A stretch of DNA of 62,026 nt, filler included, from Choristocarpus tenellus KU-1152 (Eukaryota; Protista; Phaeophyceae), in the NCBI GenBank assembly GCA_964200185.2. It is 7 parts of 7 records of this genome, joined end to end, with 100 filler letters (N's around TTAATTAATTAA, not from the genome) between each part and the next. Parts side by side here need not be neighbours in the genome. Positions count along the whole stretch, not along the records: positions 1 to 8,656 come from CAXNAD020004471.1; positions 8,757 to 29,075 come from CAXNAD020000404.1; 5 more parts are not named here. One strand, 5' to 3'. The position numbers and the translations under genes are program-made. Positions 1-11,672 of this stretch are shown here, piece by piece. The first letter of the stretch is position 1; each line of letters starts with the position of its first letter. The notes under the pieces were generated by a model. The model ran no database searches. It saw nothing but the letters and a program-made list of their open reading frames with translations, and had not been told where the DNA came from.

Positions 1-1
1 G

Positions 2-1480
2 GTACACATGGATCTTGCCATCTTGCGCCCCAACAGCCACCTCCCCACCATCATGCTTGAGGGCAATAGATGTTGGGGTGTATGGGGTAGCCACTCCATG
101 GAGTGGTGTAACACCACGGAGCAGCATCACACCCTGATTAGTTGCCACTACCACAAGTTCACAAGTAGGATGTGCTCCTATCCCACATGGCTGGCCAGTG
201 GTACCCACAGATTCTGTGAAGCATGGAGTGGTGCCAGCCTCTTCTGGAGTTGGGGCCAAACGTAGAGTGTCGTCCCAACCAACAGAAACGATTCCTGTGA
301 CACACGCTGCAACCCCTGATACCTTGTTGCCATGGCATGCACCATTTAGGGGCGTAGACTTTCCACCATTGCAGCGACGGGCAAGGCCAGTGGTAGGGTC
401 CCAGGCGCACAGTACACCAGTGAATGAACCAGTGAGAAGTAGCCCGTCTGGTGGCACCAGACAAGGGGCCATTGCAGTGATGGCACCCTGGTGAGCCTGC
501 ACAATTTTCACGGGCAAATCAGATCCAGATTCAAGTAGGTTGAGGTTTCCATTGAGGGAGACAGAAAGCGCCTGCTCTCCCTGGAATGCAACAGCAACTT
601 GCATGTCCCCAATGCCTGGGGTCGTCCCCTTGGGGACGAAGTTCCACGCATGCTCGCACTCGCCGGTGGCTACATCCCACAGGCGGACCGTTTTGTCGGC
701 AGACGCTGTAATGATCTTGGCACTATCTGAACTCCATGCCAGAGAGTAGATAGAGCCGGTGTGACCCTTCCCAAAAGAGGACAGAGGCTCACCTGTAGTT
801 CCATCATACAGCCAAATTTTCTGGTCCGATCCGCAGGTAGCAACACGAGAACCGTCAGGGCTGAACCGGGCGCAATTGATGAAGTTCGTGTGCTGCCCCT
901 TGTTGGAGTGGTCCATGGTGAACGGCGGGCCCTTGTAAAAAATAGTGCGCATGTCCTCACTCGCTGTAATAACACGGTAAGGTCTGCATGGTCTGTAGTC
1001 GCAACTGGTAACCCTCTTCACATGACCAACGACCTCTCCAAGGTTCCCTCCGGTGTCCCAGGTAAAAGCACGGGCATTGATTCCCGTGCCATCACCACAC
1101 ACGATGATGCGCTTGCTCTCAGGGCCCCAAGCCAAATCCTTGATTGCACCCCCTAGCCCAAACACTTCAATTTTCAGGTTGTGTTCAGGGTTGTCCCATG
1201 CCCAGATGCGCACCTTGCCCGCTGTATCCGCAGAAGCAACCCAAAACCCGTTTGGGGAAAATTTTGCAACTGTAGTCTTGCTGTTGTGCCCTCGGTATAC
1301 GAAACAGTCTGCTGGATTCTCGATATCACGGACTACAATAAATTTTCCACTAGGATAGATAACTTTCGGCTCCTTGGGGTGCACGCCAAGGTGGAAGTTG
1401 TTACCCCTCTCTGTAGAGGGATTAGGACCCCAGTGACCCTTGAAGGACGCATGATCCAGGCATGGCTTGGTCTGGGCCAT
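2..1480 (-). CDS. AIP1: Actin-interacting protein 1 (WD40 repeat, AIP1/WDR1), 3' end runs off the window
   Basis: Manual minus-strand translation from ATG 1480: MAQTKPCLDHASFKGHWGPNPSTERGNNFHLGVHPKEPKVIYPSGKFIVVRDIENPADCFVYRGHNSKTTVAKFSPNGFWVASADTAGKVRIWAWDNPEHNLK. The window edge reads EVAVGAQDGKIHVY in the same frame. P-x-T-x-RG start and AKFSPNG..VASAD..GKVRIW are AIP1 hallmarks. It is missing from the ORF track, probably because there is no stop inside the window. Confidence 0.9.
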   Translation of the reverse strand, partial: MAQTKPCLDHASFKGHWGPNPSTERGNNFHLGVHPKEPKVIYPSGKFIVVRDIENPADCFVYRGHNSKTTVAKFSPNGFWVASADTAGKVRIWAWDNPEHNLKIEVFGLGGAIKDLAWGPESKRIIVCGDGTGINARAFTWDTGGNLGEVVGHVKRVTSCDYRPCRPYRVITASEDMRTIFYKGPPFTMDHSNKGQHTNFINCARFSPDGSRVATCGSDQKIWLYDGTTGEPLSSFGKGHTGSIYSLAWSSDSAKIITASADKTVRLWDVATGECEHAWNFVPKGTTPGIGDMQVAVAFQGEQALSVSLNGNLNLLESGSDLPVKIVQAHQGAITAMAPCLVPPDGLLLTGSFTGVLCAWDPTTGLARRCNGGKSTPLNGACHGNKVSGVAACVTGIVSVGWDDTLRLAPTPEEAGTTPCFTESVGTTGQPCGIGAHPTCELVVVATNQGVMLLRGVTPLHGVATPYTPTSIALKHDGGEVAVGAQDGKIHVY

Positions 1481-1850
1481 CGACTTCTCACTGTGCGGAA
1501 TGTCTATGACAGGATGAGCAGGAACACAGAAAGAACCGAGAGCACTGTGGTTAAGAGTGTTCACTGCTTGAGGATGTTAAATGGAGAGAACAAGATACAC
1601 AAGTGATGGCGGGGGAGGATATAAAACAGGTGAGACTCGTGCATCACTCATATCCCAGGTACTAACCTGCAGTCACGCGTGTTTCTATCCGATGAAGGAA
1701 AGTGAATGCTGTAGGGTGCAGCGGAAAAGAAAGGAGAGACTGCCTCAGCTCCAGGGCGCCCTGGAGCAATCCAAGAAATGGAGTTGTTTTTTCTACTCAA
1801 ACTATCCCCTGTTGTTACCTCTTCCACTATTGTGTCAGACTGACAACATA

Positions 1851-4800
1851 ATGAGCTCGTTGAAAGACTCAAATGATGATCTACCAGGGGCTTGGTGTGT
1901 AGAGCAAAGCAAACTTTTCAAGGAGGGCACCCCACCGAAGTTCAGCAGCAGCAGCCCAGCTCTGTGCTTCCAGATCCATGCACAACAAGGCCGAGCGAGA
2001 GCAACAACCTTGCACCTTCCTCACGGTCCAGTTCTTGCCCCAGTATTTATGCCAGTGGGGACCAAGGGGGCAATCAAGGGTCTTCTTCCACAGCAGATCA
2101 TGGCTGGCGACCCCTCTCCCAATATAATTCTAGCCAACACCTACCACTGCGCTCTCCAGCCAGGAACGGAGGTTGGTTCCCAAGTGGCGATCCAACCTGT
2201 GCAGTGCTACGTCCTACTTTGAGCAGCGATCTGACCCCTAAGACTTAGGTTTGTGGTACTCCGATAGAAAATACTTAAGTTCACCCAGTAACACATTGAT
2301 GACTAAGCTGCGCAGTATGAGAATTAGCACAAGAATCCATAATGCCAACATAGTCTGGCTTTGATATTGTTCAGTTCTGCGATTGTGTAGCCCTGTCAAA
2401 ACGTTAGAACCGGTTCGATCTCTCTTTTGCAAGTCACATAATATACAAGGAGACTCTGACATCTCCTAACGTCCTAATGTGGTTTTAAATCCTACCTGTG
2501 CATTGATATACTTTCCTTAGTTACTAGAGCGCATGGGTGGGCTGCACGAGTTCATGGGCTGGCCGAAGAACCTGCTTACAGACAGCGGGGGGTTCCAGGT
2601 GTAGCTTCTCTTTGCTTCCTATACGAATATTTCATTTAATGAGGGTGGATCCCGTTGGATGCAGGTGGTGAAAAATTGGTCTCAATGTGCTGTTGTAGAA
2701 AGGCTTTCGTGTGGTGACGGGGGGGGTTGTTTCAGGGGCTGAGAACTATGATCTGCGATAAATCCACTTGTCTAGTGACTTGGTGCTATTCGCATAAACA
2801 CTAATCTTTTTTCCTTTGGCATTGTGCAGATGGTTTCATTACTCGACCTTTCTGAGGTAACAGAGGAAGGGGTCAGATTCAAGTCGCCTGTCGACGGAAC
2901 ATTGATGAACTTGACACCTGAGGAGTCAATCCACCATCAGAATAGGCAAGAAAATAGTGAGCGGATGTTGATATGAGCACTTGGTTTGCTGAATGCACGG
3001 GCTGGCTCACCACTGTTCCCACGTCTTCCTCACACAAAACCCCGGTGTTTGGAGGTCTGTTTAGACCAATAGTTTGATTATTTTCGACCGGATTTTGATG
3101 TGTTGTATGTCCTTTACAGGCTGGAAAGAACTATCCCCAGTGGTATGTAATAAATCGAAATGTCAGGTGCAAGAACTTGTTCACTTGCTTCCTACATGAC
3201 CCAACCGTGAAAGGAGGCAGAGGATATTGCAGTTTTTGTGGTACTAGTAGTGAGATTGCGCGACATAGATTTACGAGATTCTTCCCACTCCCCTTGTTCT
3301 TGGCTGTTCTTGCTCCTAGTTGCAGTACACAGCAGTGCTTGAATGCAGATTCCCTTGGGCCTAATTGTGTGAAACCCTACTTCATTTATTTGTCTCATTG
3401 CCCCGTAGGTCACTTGTTGTCTTTTGACCTATCATGGTAACCATTCTTTTGTTCTTCTATCAGGATCGGAAGTGACATCATCATGCAGCTAGATGATGTC
3501 ATCAGCAGCGTTACAACAAACACAGAACGTTTTGAGGAGGCAATGCTCCGTAGTGTACGGTGGTTGGATCGATGGTATGTGTGGAATTGATCCCTCCCCC
3601 ACCCCCCTTAGTGTCACACACCCATCCACGCCACCCTCACACTTGCTCCTATTGATGCAGCTTGCTTGCAAATATTGGTGGAGGTTTTTGGAAGGAAGTC
3701 CTCAGGATTTTCATAGCTATGGTAAAATAGAAAGCCGTGCTCATTACTTGATTCCCACAGTAGATTGGATTGAACTTGGATATAAAATTAAAGACCTTGT
3801 TGGGAAGATGAGTGCACCAAATTGTTGCCATATTATCCTCTAGTTTGCTTGCCTTGCTTAGCCAAACTTGTATTTGGAGCAGGGGAGAGTGTCTTGATGC
3901 TCCTGATGCTCGTCTGCAGTCGACCAAAATGTGCACTTGGTAGTTCTGCAGGCTATCATTGGTAATGCTTTGGGGGAGATTAATGGGCATTTGTACCCGT
4001 TTGTGGCCATGTGAAAAAGAATACAAAGACTTTGAGGCAGTCAAGTACATCAGAATAGAAAACAGTTTCAATAGTTGTTGGAATAAGCAGTGGAGAACTC
4101 TCAACAGATAGCCACCAAGTTGTGTGAGTACCTGGTGTTCTGTGCATAACCTGTGACAACTGGGAGAACTCATGATTTTTGTGTGTATTTTTTTCAAATG
4201 AAACCAAAAGGTATAGGAAAGCAAATTTAAGGTATAGGCTACTTCCGCATGATGGAATACCACTGCTGTGACCCCAGATAACCCTTGGACAGTAGTGTGT
4301 TCGAAGGGATGGAGTGACACCACAGGGGTTTCTTGTTCCTTCTTGGGAGTAAAGATGTAGAATTGAGTGCTACAGTAGTCTACTATTTTAATGCTCAAAG
4401 TAGATAGAATGCCTTGAGGCAAATCTGTGCCCACGAACACATCCCTGTCTCTGTTCTCTCCACGGGACCATGCACAACACACTATATTTCAGTGTAGCAG
4501 CACATGGCAAACCAGAGAGTCAGAACCTCTTTGCCATTGTCCAAGGCGGGCTGGACATTTTGCCTGGGGGACTGAGAGAACGGTGCTTGGAGGAAATGAT
4601 AAAAAGAGATCTGCCTGGCTATGCCATTGGGGGATTAGCAGGTTTGGAGGTTGTGATTCCTCTATCTCAGTCAATACCCAGCATGTCATCTCAACTTACA
4701 TAAGAAGCGTGCTATTTTACACTACATTATAGATGGCATTTTTTAGGTGTTTAAGCAGAAGGTAGTTTCTGGATGGAGACTTCTGTCTAAAGTTTTAGCT

Positions 4801-6628
4801 ATTGAAGTATACAGGCACCATCAATTGCGATTGCCTATTGGGGGCAGATAGAAATGCTCTTGCAGCAATGTGTCACAGCAATTCATTTGTCCCTAGAATG
4901 TTCTGGGAGCTGTTGTAGGTGCAGTTGCATTGCTTGCCCAAGTTACTACTGGTTCCAGTAACTTTCAAGCTTTTACAAAAAAAGATAGTCTGTGAACATC
5001 TTCCCCAAGTACTTGACCAGCACTATTGTTATCCATCTCCTTCGTTGTGACTCTGTCCTCGGCAACCCTCCCTAACTCCTTCAACTTCAATCAGGTGGAG
5101 AGTCCAAGGACTCCTTCTGGCGTGTTGTTGCTATGTCTGCCGCAGCCCTTCCTCCTGATAAACCACGATACTTGATGGGTGTAGGTTACCCACTGGACCT
5201 GGTTGTGTGTACAGCTCTGGGATGTGATATGTATGATTGTGTGTACCCCACAAGGACAGCCAGGTTCGGTTTTGCTCTGTCACCAGAGGGTAGTGTCCGG
5301 CTGAAGTCAAAGCAATGTGCCTCTGACCTTCGCCCGATTGAGTTTGGTTGCCCATGTCAGACCTGCAAGAACTATTCCCGGGCATGCTTGAACCAGCTCC
5401 TGAAGGTGAGACCAAACACGTCACTTGCTTCTCTTGGTTTGTTCCACCACACAGTCTGTTGCACTTGCTAGCCATCTTGCAGGGTACTACACTAGTGCTG
5501 GCTTACCGTTGGTCCTCTCTTCGTTGGGGGAATGGAATCCTCTTGAGAAGGTTTGATTCTGGCTTCAATCCAGAGATGAGGTGTGCTGGTGCAGCATAAG
5601 CCTGTTAGACCGCTTCAAGGGTTGGTCTCTTATTGCACCAGTTAGTATTGTGGATGAAAAGGTTCAGTGAGTATAAATTATATCGATTCCAAAAAATTCA
5701 ATGCTTTTTGATTAGAATCAAAATGAGGTGTGCAAACACTCAAGAAAACAGCCTGTCGAATATAACCCCTTTTAGGATAGATCCCTCCCAGTGGGCCTTC
5801 CCCAGGTAGTGTTTTTAATGATGGGGTCTGTTGTATGTCACCAGTAGTACCTGGGGTGTTTCTTTCAGTGTGGACTATGTCTTTCACACAGGTCGAGTTT
5901 AATTTTTTATTATTATTTTATTGTTTTGTGCATTTATTGATGTTCATTTTCCTCTTCTGTCTCTCCATTCTTGTTCAAGGTAATACAACCTTTTTCGACC
6001 ATGGGTATGTCCTTTTAAATTGGTCGATGGAAGTGTGACAAACTCTAATGTTAACCATTCCATTTGCGATCTCCATTACTTGTTGATTGAATTGAAGCGA
6101 TCCAATTGCTACCATTCCTGACATGAGCAATTGTTGTGTGAGGCAATGTGGGACAATCTAAACATGAAAGACATGATCTATGACCATGGGGTCTGATAGC
6201 TGTGCATGTTGCATGAAGTAGAGCTTGTGAACGTAACATTTTTCTCTCCTGTAGTCACCTCTGATGCCAAGCCCATTTATTGTTCCTGGTGCTGATGAAA
6301 GGACCCCTTCTGAACACCTACCCCACCCCGCGCATGGTTCCTTCCTTGGTCGGTACAGACAGAGGCCCTTGGCTGCCAGCTGGTGACACTGCACAACATT
6401 TCATACATGAGTCGCCTGATGGAAGGGATGCGGAAGAGCATTCTGGAGCAGAGGTTTCATGAGTTTGTTGACAACTTCTTGACCAACCTCTTTCCTAAAG
6501 GGGATGTGCCTATGTGGGCAAGAGATGCGCTAAGGGTAGCAGGGGTTCCCATTACTATTGCACGGAGTGAAGATACTTGCAGTGGTGAAAGGGGATCTGT
6601 GGAAGGAGTCATGCAAGTGGAGGAATAG
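1851..6628 (+). CDS. QTRT1: Queuine tRNA-ribosyltransferase catalytic subunit (eukaryotic TGT); exons 1851-2171, 2521-2598, 2830-2945, 3464-3574, 4493-4641, 5095-5405, 6359-6628
   Basis: Spliced frame is continuous and contains [88 protein letters not shown] and Zn ligands CPCQTC...TLHN. LDDV and GGLxGGE match the eukaryotic queuine-accepting pocket. Confidence 0.95.
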
Positions 6629-8384
6629 TCTAGTTGATGTCATGGTATGTCTGAAAGCCTTGCCTGCCAGCCGCTGCATCTTGAGTGTGTTGTACTTCAG
6701 AGTAGCATGTATCGACCAATTCTTTGTTCAAAATCTTTCAATGAGACTATCTTTCAGGGTTATGGCAGCAAAGGTGAAGAACCACAACCAATCTATACCT
6801 TGCCATTTCGTTTGCTTGCACTTTGAGACTGTGTGTGCTCTGACTTTGTGTAATGGGGTCCAAAGTTGTTTGTTCCATACATAGCATCATATATTGCCTG
6901 TGATTTTTTTGGTGCAACTATCATATAATGTACAAACAAAGGGTAGAGTTGCTTGCTCTGAGACGATTATCAAGGCCACGTATCCTCCATCCTGGCAGGA
7001 GTTGGAACAAGTTAAACACAAAGTAACAGTGCAGAGTTTCCTTTTCAACTGGGTCATTCAACCCCGTTAATGGGATGAGCGCTGTCTGCCTGGATACTTC
7101 GCTCTCTTCCGTTAATACACACTTCCATTCAAAATAATGGCATGGGGCTCTAGTAGCTTATAACGGGGTGCCTTCGAGTGTAGAGTGACCCATACATCAC
7201 CAAAATAGTTAGGCACCTTGAAGTGGAGAGAAGAAGCAGTGAGACACCACATCAATCGTTGTTTCGTTTGTTTGGTTGATACTCCTGTAATATACTCAGT
7301 ACATACTTGTGTATATCATGGTGTATGCATGTAAAGAGATGAGGGCAAAAGGGCACATCCAATGGAACAATTTGTGCGTGTACGCATAGATACGCTTTCT
7401 GTACTCTACGAGGGGTTACTTTGAATGACATTCGTTGTAAAACGTATGTCACTTGAACATGGATCTCATTGCTTGCCAAACTTACGTGATGAACTGTAGT
7501 GTGATGCCCTGAGGTAATGCTGGTTGTAAGACTTGTGAACAGAGGATTGTCGCATTTGTGGAAGGTGATCATGCACGTTATGCAATAATGCCCTTGTTAC
7601 TTTTGACATGAAATTATTAGTTCAATAATAGAGGTTTACCTTGGGGTACAGGACAAGGTAGGTTAGAGACACAGGAAGGCAGTGGTATAACATAGATGGT
7701 AGTAAAATAGCAAAAAGATTAATGTTTTTCACATTTGTGACAACTGTTACTTCAGGGATTTTTCTGACATGCAGTTTTCCTTGGACATGTGGAAAATGTC
7801 AGCATAATAAAATAATAGAGTTTAGTTGAGTTCAGTAGTATGTCTATGCTAGAAACCGTTGGTGGTATATGTGGGGGATAATTTTACCGTGAGCAGTACA
7901 TCCCATACCTTTTTTTAATTGCAGAGTTGAAAATGTGGAATTTTTACGGAATATTGCTTACTACGAGCGATGTCGCCAAGTAAATTGGCTTCTTTTTTAC
8001 CCTCGGACATTTTACGAATATAACAGGGAAAATGTCTAACCAATATCACAACGACCCCTATAAACGTAGCAGTTGTCGTAAATGTTAAAGTATTTCAGGA
8101 CCATCCATTCGGAACAAGTGATCTTGAATATTCCTTCTCCCTTCCCACAACATATTTGTATACTTTCAACAAGCATGAAATAGTAGTGCTAGGGATATAT
8201 TTGTTCCATAATATCTAGGTGTATGAATGTTTTGTTATCTTGGTATATTCTTCCGTCCAGATCATTGAAGTATCTTCTCCTTTTGAGGAATCAAGGTACG
8301 TGATTGTGTTGTGATGTTTGGATTTATTGCTATTATTTTTTTAGAAGGATTTAAAACCTGATCATCAACATCTATACAGTGCAA

Positions 8385-8457
8385 GCCCGGGTGGTCTAGA
8401 TGGTATGATTCCTCTTTAGGGTAGAGGAGGTCGCGAGTTCAAGTCTCGCCTCGGGTC
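8385..8457 (+). tRNA. tRNA-Pro (anticodon AGG)
   Basis: Cloverleaf: acceptor GCCCGGG/CTCGGGT (two G.U pairs), D-arm TGGTCTAGATGGTATGATT, anticodon arm CCTCT-TTAGGGT-AGAGG, T-arm GCGAG-TTCAAGT-CTCGC, discriminator C, then a TTTT run (possible Pol III terminator). Confidence 0.85.
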
Positions 8458-8525
8458 TATTTTGGGTATCCCTTTGACTGCTTCCTCTCCAAATCGATAT
8501 CGATGGGTCAAAACGTATAATGAAA

Positions 8526-8593
8526 GCCCAGTGGTCTAGATGGCATGATTCCTCTTTAGGGTAGAGGAGGTCGCGAGTTCATTTCTCGCCTTG
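8526..8593 (+). pseudogene. Tandem tRNA-Pro(AGG) pseudogene, 3' acceptor strand cut by an insertion
   Basis: Near-identical copy 141 bp downstream of the first. The 5' acceptor strand is one base short (GCCCAG), and the 3' strand stops after CTTG, where the TGTGGAAAGC repeat begins. Confidence 0.8.
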
Positions 8594-8656
8594 TGTGGAA
8601 AGCATGTTTGCCTATTATTATACCGTTATTGCCGTATGCCATATACCGTTATACCG
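8594..8656 (+). mobile_element. 5' end of an LTR-like repeat (TGTGGAAAGC family), cut by contig end
   Basis: TGTGGAAAGCATGTTTGCCTATTATTATACCGTTATTGCCGTATGCCATATACCGTTATACC is nearly identical to the sequence starting at 60762; similarity starts exactly at TG. Confidence 0.65.
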
Positions 8657-8756
8657 NNNNNNNNNNNNNNNNNNNNNNNNNNNNNNNNNNNNNNNNNNNN
8701 TTAATTAATTAANNNNNNNNNNNNNNNNNNNNNNNNNNNNNNNNNNNNNNNNNNNN
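8657..8756. other. Artificial contig linker
   Basis: N44-TTAATTAATTAA-N44 (stops in all six frames). Confidence 0.98.
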
Positions 8757-8840
8757 GATAGCCAAAATTTCATCAAAATCGCAACATTGGATTTTGGCCC
8801 CCAAATGGACGCGGCGCTACCCTCTAAGATACTTTGGCTC
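8757..8840 (-). mobile_element. End of a GAG...CTC MITE (same family as 55370-55628)
   Basis: ...GGCCCCCAAATGGACGCGGCGCTACCCTCTAAGATACTTTGGCTC matches the end of the 56895-57124 copy. Confidence 0.8.
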
Positions 8841-9195
8841 TCACGCAAATCCTGGCTCCTCCATCAAGTACATCATCTAAGCTGAGTGCTGTCCTATGTC
8901 CTGCAGTTTATAAAGGGCTGTGCTTTCCCATAGCTTACGACAAATGAACAAGGTGTGCCTACTGGTTGTACATGAAAAGCCGAAGGATTGTTCATTCCTG
9001 CCACACCTACGATCTCAACGGAGTATGGAATCCAAGACAAGGCATGGAGAAGTCTGGCATATCCAATCTCAGGTTCAATGAACTCAATTACATCCTCATG
9101 TGGGCGCTTGATCTTCACCATCTTGAAGCTCGTCCATGGCCGCTACTACTACCTCTGAATCTTGGGTATCTACTCTCGAAAGTGCAGATGATGCG

Positions 9196-11060
9196 TGTGC
9201 AATTTACCTTGGGAGGTAATGATATTTATCAGTGTAGTGGAGACAAGAAGGTGTGAAGCCTCACATGATGTTTTTCAGCTATCCTGACTGACCTCTGTTG
9301 TCCACTAGGTGAACTTGTTGAGTTCTTGCTCACGGCTGTTGCTTGTGGTATCGGATCGACTGCAATATCGAAATACCGATCAGAGTCGTCTTCAGTATCG
9401 GAAATATCTTCATCATCAGTCAAAGTTATGGTCTCTTTCTCCCCCACGAAGTTCATGATGTGTTCGTCTGGCTCGAACGTCACTTGGGCTGAGGTCACCA
9501 ACTTGGCCTCTTGAGCAGGCCAGATGTACCAACACAGTGATGTATGGTCTTGTCCCATGATTATACCCCGCTTGCCGTATGGGTGAAACTTTGAACTGGC
9601 TCCCCTCTGCTGCTTGTCCTTGTGAACATAGCACTCGCTCCCCCAGGTCTGAAGCCTATCATAGTTGAAAGATTTACCTGTTAGACGTTCGCATGGCGTC
9701 TCTCCTCCAAGGTATTCGTGTGGCATGCCTCCAGTTTTGAAGGCGATGTCCGTGATAGCAAAGAACCAGTACTCGTCACCCAGCCCAGCCTTTGCCAGTT
9801 GACTCCTTGATGCCCCCATGAGTTGCTTTATCGCCCTTTTGGTGATCCCGTTGCTCTGTGGTGTTCTCGGTGGAGATTTCTTCCATCAGGTACCGTTGTT
9901 CGCCAGCATCCTTTGGAATTCACCGATCTACCAAGCTCGCCAGCACCATCCCCACTGATGCATTGGGCTTGTATACCTTCCCTGGCCATCTGGTCGATAT
10001 AGGCAGTGGTTGTGTCCGTCACTGCATTTTTTGTTTTCAATCCATAAACCCTCTTGTCTCAGCTGCTCTTATTGACAAACACCTGACCAGTGATGTCTGC
10101 TTGAAAAGGTCTCGCCAAATCCGCGTGGACAACCTTGATGGGCTGCTTGGGGGCCCTGCCACCCGTTGATAGCTTAAGGCCTTGGATATGCATTCCTTGC
10201 AGATCTTGCACCACAGTTTTGCTGCCACAGTAGCGTCGGTGATCAACCCATCGCTCTAGTTTAACGACGAAATCGGTGCTGTCCTGAGATGCCGCGCACC
10301 GTAGTTCTTGGAGTTTTGCCTCCAAAGTGATGACCTGCATGGGGATCTCGTCCTCCGCATGTCCTCTGTAGACTCTTTCTAGTTCCAACCAGGCCCCTCT
10401 ACCGCCTGGTTGACCCCCGTTTTTATTAATGTGCAATGATTGCTGATGCCGATCCCTTTGTTGCTTGAATAAGCAGGAAACGTAACGCCTTGTTGTTCTT
10501 GATATGCGTGGCATGTGCCATTCGCACTACCTCCCCTGAGATGGTGGTGAGTGTTTCAGGAATCTCGTAGTCCCTCGTCGTAGTCTCGTAAAAACCCTTT
10601 CCACCAGCTTGGCCTATCAATGATAGTCTCCAAGTGGACCAGGTCTCCAATGACCTTCCTGTGGTTCCCGTTCAGACAGCAAGTTTCTTCAGGTCGGTCT
10701 CCATTCTACTAAGTAAGGCTCATAACCTGTGCAATTTATCTTGGGAAGTAATGCTATCTATCAATAGTGAAGACGAGAAGGTGTGAAGCCTCACATGATC
10801 CCCTTTGCTGAACGTAGGAAGAATGGATGGAATTAGAAGAGTGACCTTTGTGGGGTGTCTTCTATATTGCTTGTTTATTATTATTTGTCTCATACGTACG
10901 TCAACGGTTATAATGTCAGATAATTCTAATGCAATACCAAACTCCATCCATATTCCAGATGTACTATTTCATTAGTAGTTGCATCATATGGACTCAATTC
11001 AATGCAATAATCTCACATAGACAAAATAAGGTATACCTCACTATTGTCCTATTTTGGACA
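9196..11060 (-). mobile_element. Internally deleted, decayed Ty1/Copia LTR retrotransposon
   Basis: 5' LTR 11060-10728 (TGTCCAAAAT...AAATTGCACA), PBS, gag remnant from ATG 10704 (GRGAWLELERVY), integrase remnants (VVHADLARPF, ISGDGAGEL, PQSNG, YWFFAI..ETPCERLTGKSFNYDRLQTWGSECYVH..SKFHPYGKRGIIMG). These are followed by only the last ~70 nt of the 3' LTR, ending AAATTGCACA at 9196. Stops and frameshifts are present; RT/RNase H is missing. Confidence 0.85.
10717..10727 (-). promoter_or_regulatory. Primer-binding site GGTTATGAGCC, complementary to the anticodon arm of initiator tRNA-Met
   Basis: Immediately follows the LTR terminus CA; its complement GGCTCATAACC is the tRNA-iMet anticodon stem-loop sequence. 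Confidence 0.75.
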
Positions 11061-11672
11061 TTGCCGAGGGGCTTGGGGCAGGAGGAAAGAATGATTGAAT
11101 GCCCATAATAGTGTGTGATATAAAACCCTCTCTCCCTCTTCAATGTTGTGGGGAACGAAAGGTCGATAAACTGTGAGGGGTTGCTGATATATTTGAGAAT
11201 TTCTGTAATAAGAACTAGCAACCAAACCTAACAATATCTTCAATACATAAAAAAGGTTGCAACTAGTAATCTTGTTTCGATCTTCTCCCTTAGTCGTGTG
11301 TTGTAACTCACCTGTATGCTTAACCATTTGCATACTGTTCAATATGGATATAGGTGGAAACCTTCACTCCACTGAATCCGTACCTATATACTTGCACATT
11401 CGTCGAGGACCAAGGTAAACTACCTATTTTGCTTTCCACAACACAGCGGCATGTACGGAATACATAGGACTTTCCTGGATCCGATACTGTGATAAACTTG
11501 TTGCAGGAGTGGACGAAGGTATGCGTGTGTACTCCTCATAGCTTCAGACATGGGTCACGGGTGACACCCACGGTACATTCAATTATTTCAGGTATCCATA
11601 TACCCACTACGAATTGGACTCCCATCAATTGGACAACAGAGAATGGACGTTGATAAATTGCGTCAGAAGTCG

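Noticed and set aside
3649-4482. 277-aa minus-strand ORF
   Set aside because: Lies antisense within a QTRT1 intron and shows no recognisable motif.
11431-11440. TGTGGAAAGC on the minus strand as the Copia 5' LTR start
   Set aside because: Only a 10-nt match. Comparison with the PPT-LTR junction at 54885 places the LTR start at 11060.
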